DNA of 64,000 nucleotides from Acidobacteriota bacterium (GTDB taxonomy: Bacteria; Acidobacteriota; UBA890; WLXD01). Below are positions 19,987 to 29,317 of this stretch, piece by piece. How positions within the stretch are numbered: position 1 is the first letter of the stretch; each line of letters begins with the position of its first letter. The DNA lies in contig CBDFKD010000002.1 of NCBI GenBank assembly GCA_965248695.1, positions 768,001 through 832,000 of the forward strand, written 5' to 3'. The notes beneath the pieces are model-generated. The model had not been told where the DNA came from, did no database searches, and saw only the letters and a list, made by a program, of their open reading frames with translations. The translations under genes were made by a program, and so were the position numbers.

Positions 19987-20322
19987 CTAGCGCCGCGAGG
20001 CGGGTAGGAGGCGCTTGCTGCGCGCCGAATCGACGAGTTGCTCGAGCCGCGATGCCTCGGTGGTCAGCACCGAGCGGCCGACGTCGGTGAGCTCGTAGTG
20101 TCGCCGCCGTTGGGCGTCCGGGTCGTGCTCGTGCACCAACCCGTCGCGCGACAGGCGCCGCAACGATCGGTACAAGTTGGCCGGATCCATCCGCACGGCT
20201 CCCTCAGTCTCCTCGGCAATGCTCTGCAGGATGGCGTACCCGTGGCAACGTCCGTCAGCGAGCGCCATGAGGATGAGGAAGTCGCGTGGCGCGAGCGGCT
20301 CGGCAGGTGCTGTGGTTGCCAT
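19987..20322 (-). CDS. PadR-family transcriptional regulator
   Basis: ILMALADGRCHGYAI, LYRSLRRL, RRRHYELTDVGR; immediately upstream of the ADOP permease. Confidence 0.92.
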   Translation of the reverse strand: MATTAPAEPLAPRDFLILMALADGRCHGYAILQSIAEETEGAVRMDPANLYRSLRRLSRDGLVHEHDPDAQRRRHYELTDVGRSVLTTEASRLEQLVDSARSKRLLPASRR

Positions 20323-20430
20323 TCGTGGCGCTCCGAATTCCGTATGGGGGACGTGATCAACAGGCCGCGTGACCGAGGCGACGTGGCCAGCAAGACGGTA
20401 CGAGTCGATCGACTAGTAGTCAAGTGACTA

Positions 20431-21258
20431 TTACGGCGCCGCTGCCCACACAGCCTGGGCGACCTGGACGCGATCCTCCTCCAGATTGCGTAGCAGGTTG
20501 GCGAACTTGGTCGCCGCGTCATCGCCCATCAGCAGGTGCAGCCCTAGAGGCCTCCGGCCGTCGGCCTGCAGGCGCTTCAGCGCTGTGCGAAAGAAGGCCC
20601 GCGAAGCATCTGTCTTGTCCTCCGAGCGTTCCTCCGCGAGTCCCTTGCCGGAGAGCACGGCGCGGGCGGCGTCGACAGCGACAAGATGACTGATGGACGC
20701 GTCCGAAGCCCACGGGACTGGAAAATGTACGCCCTCCACAGCCCCAGCGAAGACATCGTGGAAAGCGAGCCTACCGCCGGGCTTCAGCACTCGGGCGAGC
20801 TCACCATAGAAGCCCGCCTTGTCGGCGACGTTCATCTGCACGTGCTCGGTCCAGACGACGTCGAATTCATCGTCGGGAAACGGCAATTCGAGCGCGCTCC
20901 CCAGACGGAACGACGTGCGATCCGACAAGCCGACGCGCGCCGAGAGCATCTCGGCCACACGGCAAAACTCCGCCGTCAGATCCACCCCGATGACGTTGCA
21001 ACCGACAGTGGCGGCGAGATGTCGGCTCGTGCCGCCCAGACCACAGCCGACGTCGAGGAGCCGGTGTGCGGGCTCGACCTGGACCCAATCCGCCAGCTCT
21101 TCGGTGGCGGCCCGTCCGCGGATGTGGAACTGGTCCACCGGGGCGAGGTCGTCGACCGTGAGCTGGTCGAGGTCGATTCCGGACGCCTCCAGGGCGCCCA
21201 AGATACGACTCTCCAGGTTGCCGACGGAGTAGTGGTCAGGCACCGAGTTGCTGGTCAT
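20431..21258 (-). CDS. Class I SAM-dependent methyltransferase
   Basis: DQFHIRG, LLDVGCGLGG, LPFPDDEFDVVW, RVLKPGG. Confidence 0.92.
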   Translation of the reverse strand: MTSNSVPDHYSVGNLESRILGALEASGIDLDQLTVDDLAPVDQFHIRGRAATEELADWVQVEPAHRLLDVGCGLGGTSRHLAATVGCNVIGVDLTAEFCRVAEMLSARVGLSDRTSFRLGSALELPFPDDEFDVVWTEHVQMNVADKAGFYGELARVLKPGGRLAFHDVFAGAVEGVHFPVPWASDASISHLVAVDAARAVLSGKGLAEERSEDKTDASRAFFRTALKRLQADGRRPLGLHLLMGDDAATKFANLLRNLEEDRVQVAQAVWAAAP

Positions 21259-21285
21259 GGCAAGGGATGGTCGAGGTCGGGCTGG

Positions 21286-22770
21286 CTACAGGTCCATTAC
21301 CGCCTCGATATCCGCATCGATAGGCGGTGGAGCGCTCATACTGGAGATGCCCAGGAACAACGTCAGCGAGACGGCGAGCGAGAACGCCCCGATGTCGATG
21401 TTGAATGGCATTGTCACGCCCGCGACCTTGACGCCGAAGTTGATCAGCAGGCTGGAGATCACGGCGACGTTGGCCGCCAGCGGCGTGGCGCGCTTCCAGT
21501 TCAGGCCGATGGCGACCACCGGGACGAGCGCGGCCGCGAAGGTGCCCCATCCGAAAGCGCCGAGCAACGCCACCAGGTCTCCCGTGTAGAGGGCGAAGAG
21601 GGCCGCTGCCACGGCGATCGCCACGGTCGTCACCCGCGCCCACAGCAACTCGTGTTTCGGCCGCTTACCTCGCAACGCTTTGGGGAGATCGTGCACCACG
21701 GCGGCAGTGCCGATGTTCAGGAACCCGTCGGCGGTGGACATGATGGCGGCAAACAGACCCGCGAACACTACGCCCGCGAGCAGGGGATGCGCATAGTTCT
21801 GCAAGAACTGGGGCGCCGCCGCGTCCGGGCTCGCCAGCGCCGGATGTGCGCCAGTAACGACCAGGGCGCGCATCACCAGCCCGATACCGATCCACAGCAG
21901 CCCCGACAGCGCGAACCCCGCTGCCGCCACCGGCAGAATGTACCGGGCGTCGCTGATCCGCTTGTTCATCATGATCTTGGTGACCACGTGCGGCTGGCCG
22001 CAACTGCCGAGGCCGAATACGAAGAACCACGACAGGCAGCCGATCATGCCGAGCGTGCCCCAAGGTCCGATGGCCTCTGGATCGTCGGCCAGGATGACCT
22101 GGTTCATCTCCGTGATTCCGCCGTCGAAGGTGAACGCCACCGTCAGGAATACCAACGCGGCCGCGACGATCATCACCGCTCCCTGGATCAGATCGGTGTA
22201 GACGGATGCGACGATGCCTCCGGAAACCGAGTAGAACACCAGGACGGCGCAAGAGATGAGCACGCACAGCTCCAGCCCTACGAACGGCAGCGCGGCCGAC
22301 TGGCGCAGCACCTCCTGCAGCACGATCGCCATGGCCAGAATCTGAGTCGCCAGGTAGCCCATGACCCCGAGCAGGATCGCCACCGAGACCCAAGCGCGCA
22401 CGGACTCGCTGCGGTACCTGGCCGCTACCACGTCGGGTAGGGACACGCACTCGCGTAGCTCGGCGAAGAGCCGGATACGCTTCCCCAGAAGGGAAAACGA
22501 GATTAAATAACCGGCCGTGCTGCATACCACCATCCAGACCGAGCTCATGCCCATGCGGTAGACGAGCCCTGGTCCACCGACGAACCCGAAGCCGCTGAGG
22601 GTGCTCGAGAACACGGCGAAGGCGGTCAGCATTACTCCCAGGTCACGACCGGCCATGAAGAAGTCGCGCGTCGAGCGGGTTCGGCGCAGGGCCCAGATGC
22701 CGACCGAGATGCAGATCAGCATGTAGATCCCGACCGACAGCAGAACGATGGTGCCGCGCGCACCCTCCAT
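21286..22770 (-). CDS. Sodium:solute symporter (PutP/PanF-like)
   Basis: DFFMAGR, SGFGFVGGPG, YTDLIQG, GQPH, AAIMSTADG; many TM helices. Start trimmed to MEGARG. Confidence 0.92.
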   Translation of the reverse strand: MEGARGTIVLLSVGIYMLICISVGIWALRRTRSTRDFFMAGRDLGVMLTAFAVFSSTLSGFGFVGGPGLVYRMGMSSVWMVVCSTAGYLISFSLLGKRIRLFAELRECVSLPDVVAARYRSESVRAWVSVAILLGVMGYLATQILAMAIVLQEVLRQSAALPFVGLELCVLISCAVLVFYSVSGGIVASVYTDLIQGAVMIVAAALVFLTVAFTFDGGITEMNQVILADDPEAIGPWGTLGMIGCLSWFFVFGLGSCGQPHVVTKIMMNKRISDARYILPVAAAGFALSGLLWIGIGLVMRALVVTGAHPALASPDAAAPQFLQNYAHPLLAGVVFAGLFAAIMSTADGFLNIGTAAVVHDLPKALRGKRPKHELLWARVTTVAIAVAAALFALYTGDLVALLGAFGWGTFAAALVPVVAIGLNWKRATPLAANVAVISSLLINFGVKVAGVTMPFNIDIGAFSLAVSLTLFLGISSMSAPPPIDADIEAVMDL

Positions 22771-23342
22771 CAGGCCGATCCGCGCTTTCGTCGGTTCTCG
22801 TCGACGAGTTGTCTGAACCGGGCGAGGTCGTCGTCCGTGAGGACCCACCGGTCGAACATCGTCATGTACAAGGCGACGAAGAGGATGGGGAAGAGCCAGA
22901 CGCCATAGAGCATCCAGGCGGTTGGCAGCGGGAAGCCGCCGAAGAACGGCACCTCGGTGTCTCCGGCATAGCGTGCATAGGTGGCCGTGAGGGCAGCGAA
23001 CACGATCCCGTAACCACCGAATCCGATCATCATCCGTCTACTCAGTGGGGTGCCGGTGCCGCGCTTGCCCAGGCCTATCCACACGCAGGTCGCCATGATG
23101 GCCAGGATCAGCAAGCTCATGACGAAGCCGACCCAGAGCGCGCCGCTCTGCGCAGCGATCCCGCCAGTGCTCTGGAGCATCGAAGCCGACACCGGGTGTG
23201 GCTGCGCCGTGGGCGTCGAAGCCGCCGGTAGCAGACGGCTGGCGCTCATCAAGACGACCATGGCAGTGGCCAACCCCAGCAGGATGGCGCCCGCACGGCC
23301 CGAAGAGCGGTTCGGGGTATCGGCGGTTCGATCGGCGCTCAC
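22770..23342 (-). CDS. Membrane protein translationally coupled to the symporter
   Basis: Four hydrophobic segments; TGA overlaps the symporter ATG. Confidence 0.7.
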   Translation of the reverse strand: MSADRTADTPNRSSGRAGAILLGLATAMVVLMSASRLLPAASTPTAQPHPVSASMLQSTGGIAAQSGALWVGFVMSLLILAIMATCVWIGLGKRGTGTPLSRRMMIGFGGYGIVFAALTATYARYAGDTEVPFFGGFPLPTAWMLYGVWLFPILFVALYMTMFDRWVLTDDDLARFRQLVDENRRKRGSA

Positions 23343-23686
23343 AAGCTAGGGGGCCGTTCGTGACGCGGTTCGTACACTCCGAGCTCCCCTCCACCGGGTA
23401 GCGTCAGGGCGGTCACCAGACCCCAACCCTGGTCTTGCACTGGATTGGTGGAAACGCTGCGCTCGCTCATCTGGACGACGAACGCCGCGATGTCGTCGCA
23501 CATCAGATACAGCTCGTGCACGTTGTTCTTTTCCGATGGATGCACGGCAACCTCTGACGGCGGTAGGCCGAAGATCAGCCAGCCGTCGCCAACGTCGACG
23601 TTCGGCAGCCCGATCACGTCGCGCAGAAAGTCGCGGTCAGCTTCGGAGTCCGTGCTGGAAATGATCACATGTGCTCCGTTGACCAT
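23339..23686 (-). CDS. VOC family protein
   Basis: GAHVIISSTD..ADRDFLRDV, GWLIFGLPPSEVAVHP, DQGWG, LPGGGELGVYEP. Confidence 0.88.
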   Translation of the reverse strand: MVNGAHVIISSTDSEADRDFLRDVIGLPNVDVGDGWLIFGLPPSEVAVHPSEKNNVHELYLMCDDIAAFVVQMSERSVSTNPVQDQGWGLVTALTLPGGGELGVYEPRHERPPSL

Positions 23687-23791
23687 GGTTGTCTGCCTCT
23701 TGGTGGCTTGTCACTCAGGGCGCCGCGCTGATGACTGGGCGTTTCAATTTACTTGGAGGGATGCTTCCCACGCTCGTCCAAGCCTCAGACT

Positions 23792-24148
23792 CTATGTGCC
23801 AAAGGTCATCCAGCCGACGAACAGAATCATCACTACCAACAGGTACGCCAGCGGAATCCACGCCAGGTTGCGGCTGATCGCGACCTTGCCGGCGTATTTG
23901 AAGGCGCCGGCGGCGGCGAGGGCGACGAGGAACACCAGCGGATAGGCGAGCGAGGTGAGCTGGAATCCGGTCGCCACCATGGTGATGAGCGGCCCGTCGT
24001 TCGGATTCTGAACCGCCGCGAGGCTCATCACGTTGGCGATTGCTACCAGCGGCCAGATCCCGAGCGGCAGTGCTCCGAGGACCCACAGGACGAAAGCGGG
24101 GATCTTCGGCTTGCCACCAGGATCGCTTGGTTCCGTCAGGTTCGCCAC
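23792..24148 (-). CDS. Hypothetical 3-TM membrane protein
   Basis: Hydrophobic segments; GGAG upstream of the GTG start. Confidence 0.65.
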   Translation of the reverse strand: MANLTEPSDPGGKPKIPAFVLWVLGALPLGIWPLVAIANVMSLAAVQNPNDGPLITMVATGFQLTSLAYPLVFLVALAAAGAFKYAGKVAISRNLAWIPLAYLLVVMILFVGWMTFGT

Positions 24149-24171
24149 GATGGAGACTCCGGCCGGCCGGT

Positions 24172-24876
24172 TCAGGCAGCGTATAGCTTCTTCTTGATGT
24201 AGTCGCTCGTCAGGTGCTTGAGCACATCGAGGGGCTCACAGCCGGTATCGCCATAGTCGACCTCCACGGGCCCGATCGCCTTGGCCGCCTTGATCGCTGC
24301 CTTGTTGAGCTTGCGGTTGCGTTTGCCGATGCCCATGAGCGCTGCGAGCAGCGACTCCTTCACCCAGTTTTCCTCACCCTGGATCGACTTCTGGATGCGA
24401 TCGATGTGGGTCAGGAAGAAGTCGTCGCTCGGGGCCGTTTTTCGTTTGTCCTTGGAAACCTCGTACAGCAGCGCGTTGCCGCAGCTACGACGGGTCGCGT
24501 CCTTACTGACGACCCATTCGGAGGCGAGGTCGACAGCGAAGGGCGCCTTGGCCAACGGGGCGCCGCACGCGGAGAACACGTGCGCCAGCATTCCTCCGTT
24601 CAGCTGCTCGACCTGTTGTTCGGCCTGCTCGCGGGTCATCTGCTTCGGATCGTCGATCAGGATCCCGATCACCTTGGCGTCGTAAACGTTTGTCTTCCAT
24701 AGCGTTTGCGCGAGCCTGCGGTCGCGGCCGATCTGCTTGGCGAGCTTGCGCTGCTGTGTCAGACCGATGCCGAAGCTCCGGAGGCCGCCGGTATTGACTC
24801 CCGGCTTCTTCCAGTTCTTCATGCCGCGCTCGTTCTTGTTGGCCCTGAGCAGGGCGAGTACCTCTGTCTTGGTCAT
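24172..24876 (-). CDS. DNA alkylation repair protein (AlkD-like)
   Basis: RKLAKQIGRDRRLAQTLW, IGKRN..LNKAA..AAKAIGPVEVDYGDTGC. Start trimmed to MTKTEV. Confidence 0.85.
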   Translation of the reverse strand: MTKTEVLALLRANKNERGMKNWKKPGVNTGGLRSFGIGLTQQRKLAKQIGRDRRLAQTLWKTNVYDAKVIGILIDDPKQMTREQAEQQVEQLNGGMLAHVFSACGAPLAKAPFAVDLASEWVVSKDATRRSCGNALLYEVSKDKRKTAPSDDFFLTHIDRIQKSIQGEENWVKESLLAALMGIGKRNRKLNKAAIKAAKAIGPVEVDYGDTGCEPLDVLKHLTSDYIKKKLYAA

Positions 24877-24980
24877 CGTGTGTATCCCTTGAAACGGAGA
24901 TCGCGCGTGCCGGTCACGCGGTGTGTGCCGCAATTCGGTCGAGGGTACTTTGAGCCATGGTTCTCGATCCAGCGCGCCGC

Positions 24981-25523
24981 TCACGGCCGCTGCCTAGTGA
25001 CCAACGCCGCGATCGAGATCAGGTAGATGACAACGATGATCGCCGGGATCAGGGTGAAGCGATGTTCCGGGAAGAACAACCAGGCGCTGGTGACCAGCCC
25101 CGTACGGACGATGCCGTGGAACAGCCCGACCCAGTGCTGGATCATCCACGAAAGCGGCACCCACATCAGTCCCGCGAGGATGCCGAGGCTCAGCGGCAGG
25201 GAAGATGTCTCCACCAGCCAGAACGGGATGGCGATTCCCCAGACAAGATTGGCCATGAGGATGGTCATCCCGAAGAGCCCGTCGAGCTCGTTCTCACTGT
25301 GCGTACCGAAAAGGTCTTCGCCGGTGAAGCGAGCGATCACGGCGCCGAGCGGGAAGACCGCGCCCAGGCAAAGGAAGAGCGCGATGGCGGCGGCGCCCTC
25401 GTGTAGCAGCGCGCCGAAGATCCCGGCCGCCGTCCATACGATCGTCCCGGCGATGGGCATCGCCAGCATCGGGCTGCCCCCGAAGTCGGCACGCAGCGCG
25501 CTCAGCGTGCGATCAGTTGGCAT
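24981..25523 (-). CDS. Conserved 6-TM membrane protein
   Basis: LAMPIAG, PLSLGILAGLMWVPLSWMIQHWVGLFH. Confidence 0.75.
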   Translation of the reverse strand: MPTDRTLSALRADFGGSPMLAMPIAGTIVWTAAGIFGALLHEGAAAIALFLCLGAVFPLGAVIARFTGEDLFGTHSENELDGLFGMTILMANLVWGIAIPFWLVETSSLPLSLGILAGLMWVPLSWMIQHWVGLFHGIVRTGLVTSAWLFFPEHRFTLIPAIIVVIYLISIAALVTRQRP

Positions 25524-25573
25524 CGAGCCCGCCGGTATCGCGGCGGTGGCGCGCGCGGCTGCGGTCCACGTGG

Positions 25574-25933
25574 TCAGCGAGCGAATCCACCGAACGGGGC
25601 CAGATAGGCGGCGCCGAAACCATTGAGCACGGCGCGAACCTCGGAGCTCGGTTCTCCATAGACATTAAGGCTCGTTGGCTCCGCACATTCGAGGAAGCGG
25701 GCCGCGAAATTGGCGTCGAATGATCCGAGGTGCGTCATCACCGCGGCGGAGTCGGCGTAACGCTCATGAATATGGCACGCACTTCCGTCGTCGCTCAAGA
25801 ACCACTCATACACCAGGGTTCCGGCCTCGTTCGCTTCAGTGGCGCCGACCATCTCGCCCATGAGGGCTCGGAAGTCCTCTAGTCGACCATCGCGAACATC
25901 CACGCGCAGGTCCCAGGACACCGCTTCGGCCAT
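25574..25933 (-). CDS. Antibiotic-biosynthesis monooxygenase (ABM) family protein
   Basis: EAGTLVYEWF...CHIHERYADSAAVMTHL; GGGAGG RBS before ATG 25933. Confidence 0.85.
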   Translation of the reverse strand: MAEAVSWDLRVDVRDGRLEDFRALMGEMVGATEANEAGTLVYEWFLSDDGSACHIHERYADSAAVMTHLGSFDANFAARFLECAEPTSLNVYGEPSSEVRAVLNGFGAAYLAPFGGFAR

Positions 25934-25988
25934 GTGAAGTTCCTCCCTTCTCGCTTGACGGGGCCAGGTCGAGCCTGACCGGTATGGG

Positions 25989-26501
25989 CTAGCCAGGGTC
26001 GCGGTCGCCCAGGGGGCCGACACCGCCGCGGTAGCTCACGTCTTGGAGCTGCACGCTGATGTTGTCTGGATCGGTGAAGTAGAGCTCCTTGGTCTCGCCA
26101 CGAAGGCGGATGTTTGCGTCAATGCCGCGATCGACCAGCTTCTGATGGGTGGCGTCGGCGTCGAAGTTGTCGAGCCCCAGACAGAAGTGGTGGATCGATC
26201 CGGCGGCGCCCGACGGGGCCGGATAGATGCCGAGAAACCCCGCTCCGGTGTCGAGATTCACCCCCGGACCCTGACGCGTCAGCAGCGGCATGCCAAACAG
26301 GTCCTGATAGAAACCGGCTGACCGGGAAATATCCTCGACGAAGACGGTCACGTGGTTCATCTGCCGCGCGGAGCCGATCCCTGACTGCGCTGCAGCGACG
26401 CGCGGCGCGGCGGCAAGTGCGGTCAGGGTACTCAGCAGCTCGCGGGGCGTGAGCTGTCCGTTCTCATATCGGCTGAGCAATTGATCGAGCTCGTTGCTCA
26501 T
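25989..26501 (-). CDS. VOC family protein with degenerate Tat-like leader
   Basis: MNHVTVFVEDISRSAGFYQDLFG, IHHFCLG, LYFTDPDNISVQL; leader LTPRELL...AAA. Confidence 0.88.
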   Translation of the reverse strand: MSNELDQLLSRYENGQLTPRELLSTLTALAAAPRVAAAQSGIGSARQMNHVTVFVEDISRSAGFYQDLFGMPLLTRQGPGVNLDTGAGFLGIYPAPSGAAGSIHHFCLGLDNFDADATHQKLVDRGIDANIRLRGETKELYFTDPDNISVQLQDVSYRGGVGPLGDRDPG

Positions 26502-26597
26502 AGGCCACTCCTGGCTGCGTGGTTACGTGAGCCGCACGAGTCCCCGTCTGTTGGGAGTTGCACCTAGAGGCCAGGAAACTATCGATCGGAATGCCGC

Positions 26598-27041
26598 TCA
26601 CGCACCCGCTTTCGGGAAGATTTTCTCTCCGTCGTAGTCCCTCATGCCGCAGAATCCGTAAACCTCGAAACCGTTCTCCGCCAACAAAGCCGCGGCACGC
26701 GCGGCTCGCCCACCGCCGTTTCAGGCGGTGAGGATCGGACGATCCCTCGGTAGCTCCTCCAGACGGCCCGCGAGCTCGTCGATGGGAATGTTGGTATAGC
26801 CCTCGACCGTACCGAGCTCCTCGAGCTCGGAGGGCTCGCGCACGTCGAGCAGGAAGACGTCCGCGTTGTGGAGCGCACTGGCAAGCTCATTGCCAGTGAG
26901 CTGCTGGGCTTCGGCCGGCGTTTCGACGGCGGGCTCGTTCACGGGCGCTTCCTCGGCCGGCGGGGCCGATTGGCCCTGGCAGGCGACGCCGACAAGCCCG
27001 AGCGAAAGCACGAGGGCTGCGCCTGACCTGACGTTGTTCAT
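26598..27041 (-). CDS. Rhodanese-domain lipoprotein, predicted selenoprotein (UGA 26721-26723, residue 107)
   Basis: GGAGG RBS; lipobox VGVA-C; LLDVREPSE, NIPIDEL, then ILTA-TGA-NGGGRAARAAALLAENGF continuing in frame to TGA 26598. The UGA occupies the catalytic Cys position of the C-x-x-G-x-R loop. Confidence 0.82.
26688..26706 (-). promoter_or_regulatory. Candidate bacterial SECIS hairpin (rhodanese)
   Basis: AGCCGCG-CGUGC-CGCGGCU: 7-bp stem starting 14 nt after the UGA, GU in the loop. Confidence 0.55.
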
Positions 27042-27183
27042 TGGTTTCCTCCGGTTGTGAGTCCCGTGAAGATACATCGTGGAGGAAACGGGGTCTATGA
27101 ATACGATAGAGACGCCGAGATGGCGGCATCAGGCCAACGAAACACTGCAGGAACGACCGCGGGCCGGCCCGCGCACCACCGTG

Positions 27184-29317
27184 CTACGAGGCGAGTCGCA
27201 GGCCGCTGGCGGTTTCGGCATCGATCGATTCGATCAGCTGCTCCAGAGGCTGGGGGCGCCCAAGCAGAAAACCCTGCACCTCCTCGCAGCCACACTCACG
27301 GAGGAAAGTCAGCTGCTCGAGATGTTCCACGCCCTCGGCGATCACGCGCATCCCCAATCCTTGGCTCATCGCAATGATCGCTCGGACGATGCTCGCGTCG
27401 CGGGGGTCGGTGGTCACGTGCTCGACGAACGAGCGATCGATTTTGAGATGATCGATGGAGAATCGCTTCAGATAGCTCAGTGACGAGTACCCGGTGCCGA
27501 AATCATCGATAGCGATCTCGATCCCGGACTGCTTGAGCTGCCGCAGAGTCTCCTCGGTGAGCTCGGTGTGATCGATGAGGACACTCTCCGTGAGCTCGAT
27601 CTCGAGATGGTCGGCAGGATAGCCGGTGTCCCGCAATACGGCCCGGACGTCATCAACGAACTCGGCACGGCGGATCTGCGTCGCTGAGATGTTCACCGAC
27701 AGACGCAACGGCGGTGTCCCGGTTTCGTAGAGTGCCTGCCAGTCGCAGCAGGCCTGCCGCAGTACCCATTCGCCGATGGTCACGATCAACCCGGCTTCCT
27801 CCGCGATGGTCACGAACTCGGCCGGTGACAGCAGCCCGCGCTGCGGATGATCCCATCTCAGCAGCGCTTCGACCCCGGTGACGCTGCGGTCGCCAACCGC
27901 GTATTGCGGCTGGTAGTGGAGAACGAACTGGTTCTCCTCGATAGCCTGATGCAGCTCGCGCTCGATGGCGAGACGGTGCACGGCGCTATTGTTGATCGAC
28001 GGATCGAAGAAGTGGAAGCTCTCGCTACCACTTCCTTTGGCGACGTACATGGCGGCGTCGGCGTTCTGTAGCAGGGTTTCGGGGTTGTCGCCGTCGCGCG
28101 GGAACAGGGTGATGCCGATACTCGGGCTTATGTGAAGGTCCTTGCCTCCGGCCGACAGCGGTTGCGAGAACACTCGATGAATGCGCTCCGCGACCCGCGC
28201 CGCCTCGGCTTCGCGCTCGATACCCTCCAGCAGCACGATGAACTCATCACCACCGAAGCGCGCCACCGTGGGCTCCACGTGACGTCCGTCGAGTCTGCCG
28301 ACGGTATCGATGTCGCGGACGCAGCTGACGAGACGCTTGGCGGTTTCCACCAGCAGCTCGTCGCCGGCTGAATGTCCGAGCGTATCGTTGACTCTCTTGA
28401 AGCGGTCCAGATCGAGGAACAAGCACGCCACGTGCTTCCCGTCCCGTCGCGATCGAGCCAGTGCTTGTTCGAGGCGGGTCTCTAGCAGACGACGGTTCGG
28501 CAATCCGGTCAGCGCATCGCGATGCGCCAGGAACTCGACTCGTTGTTCCATCTCTTTTCGATCGGTGACGTCCTGACAGATGCCGACAAGCTTGGCTCCC
28601 TGGCTGCTGTCGTCGCGTCGCAGCTCGGCCTGTTCCACGATGAACCGCTCGCGTTCGTCGTCGACACGCAACCGGTACTGAACCAAGTACTTGCGCCCGC
28701 TCGCGCGGGCCAGAGAACGCGCTTGGACCACTGCGTCGCGGTCCTCCGGATGCACGCGCGCAATGAACTCGCTTTCTTCGCAAAGGGTCGCCGTCGCGAG
28801 CAGCTCACCGGATGGTTCCGAGAACGCCATCGTCGCGTCATCCGCCCGTGACTCCCAGCAGGCAAGCGACGCGAGTCGCTGAGCGTGCTCGAGCATTGCC
28901 TCGCGTCGCTCCAGCTCCTGGCGGTCGCGCGTGGCGCGTAGCATGTAGCGAACTCGTTTCGCCAGCAGGGGCCAGCTGACCGGCTTGGTGACGAAGTCGG
29001 TGGCGCCCATTTCGAAGGCGCGATCGATGGACTTGAGGTCTTTCAATCCCGTGAGCATGAGGATCGGAAGTTTCGAATGACGTTCGGAACGCCTTATGCG
29101 GCGACAGATTTCGAATCCGTCGATCCCCGGCATCACGACGTCGAAGCACGAGCAGCTGTGGGAAGTGCTTGTCGAGCTGCGTCAGAACGGCGGGTCCGTC
29201 TGCGGCTTCGAGCACGCGCATGCCCAATTGCTCGAGTGTCTCGCGGAAGAGAATACGAATCGTCAGGTCGTCGTCGGCGACCAGGACAGTCGGCGTGCCT
29301 TCGGTCAACTTGCTCAT
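27184..29317 (-). pseudogene. REC-PAS-GGDEF-EAL response regulator with one extra base at ~29144
   Basis: N-part VLVADDD...LLVL joins DVVMPGIDGFEIC if one T is removed from GTGCTTCGAC. Motifs RFGGDEF, EALLRW, DDFGTGYSS, EGVE. Confidence 0.85.

Noticed and set aside
20686-22440. 584-aa plus-strand ORF and similar long overlapping ORFs
   Set aside because: Shadow frames of well-supported opposite-strand genes, expected in GC-rich DNA; no recognisable motifs.
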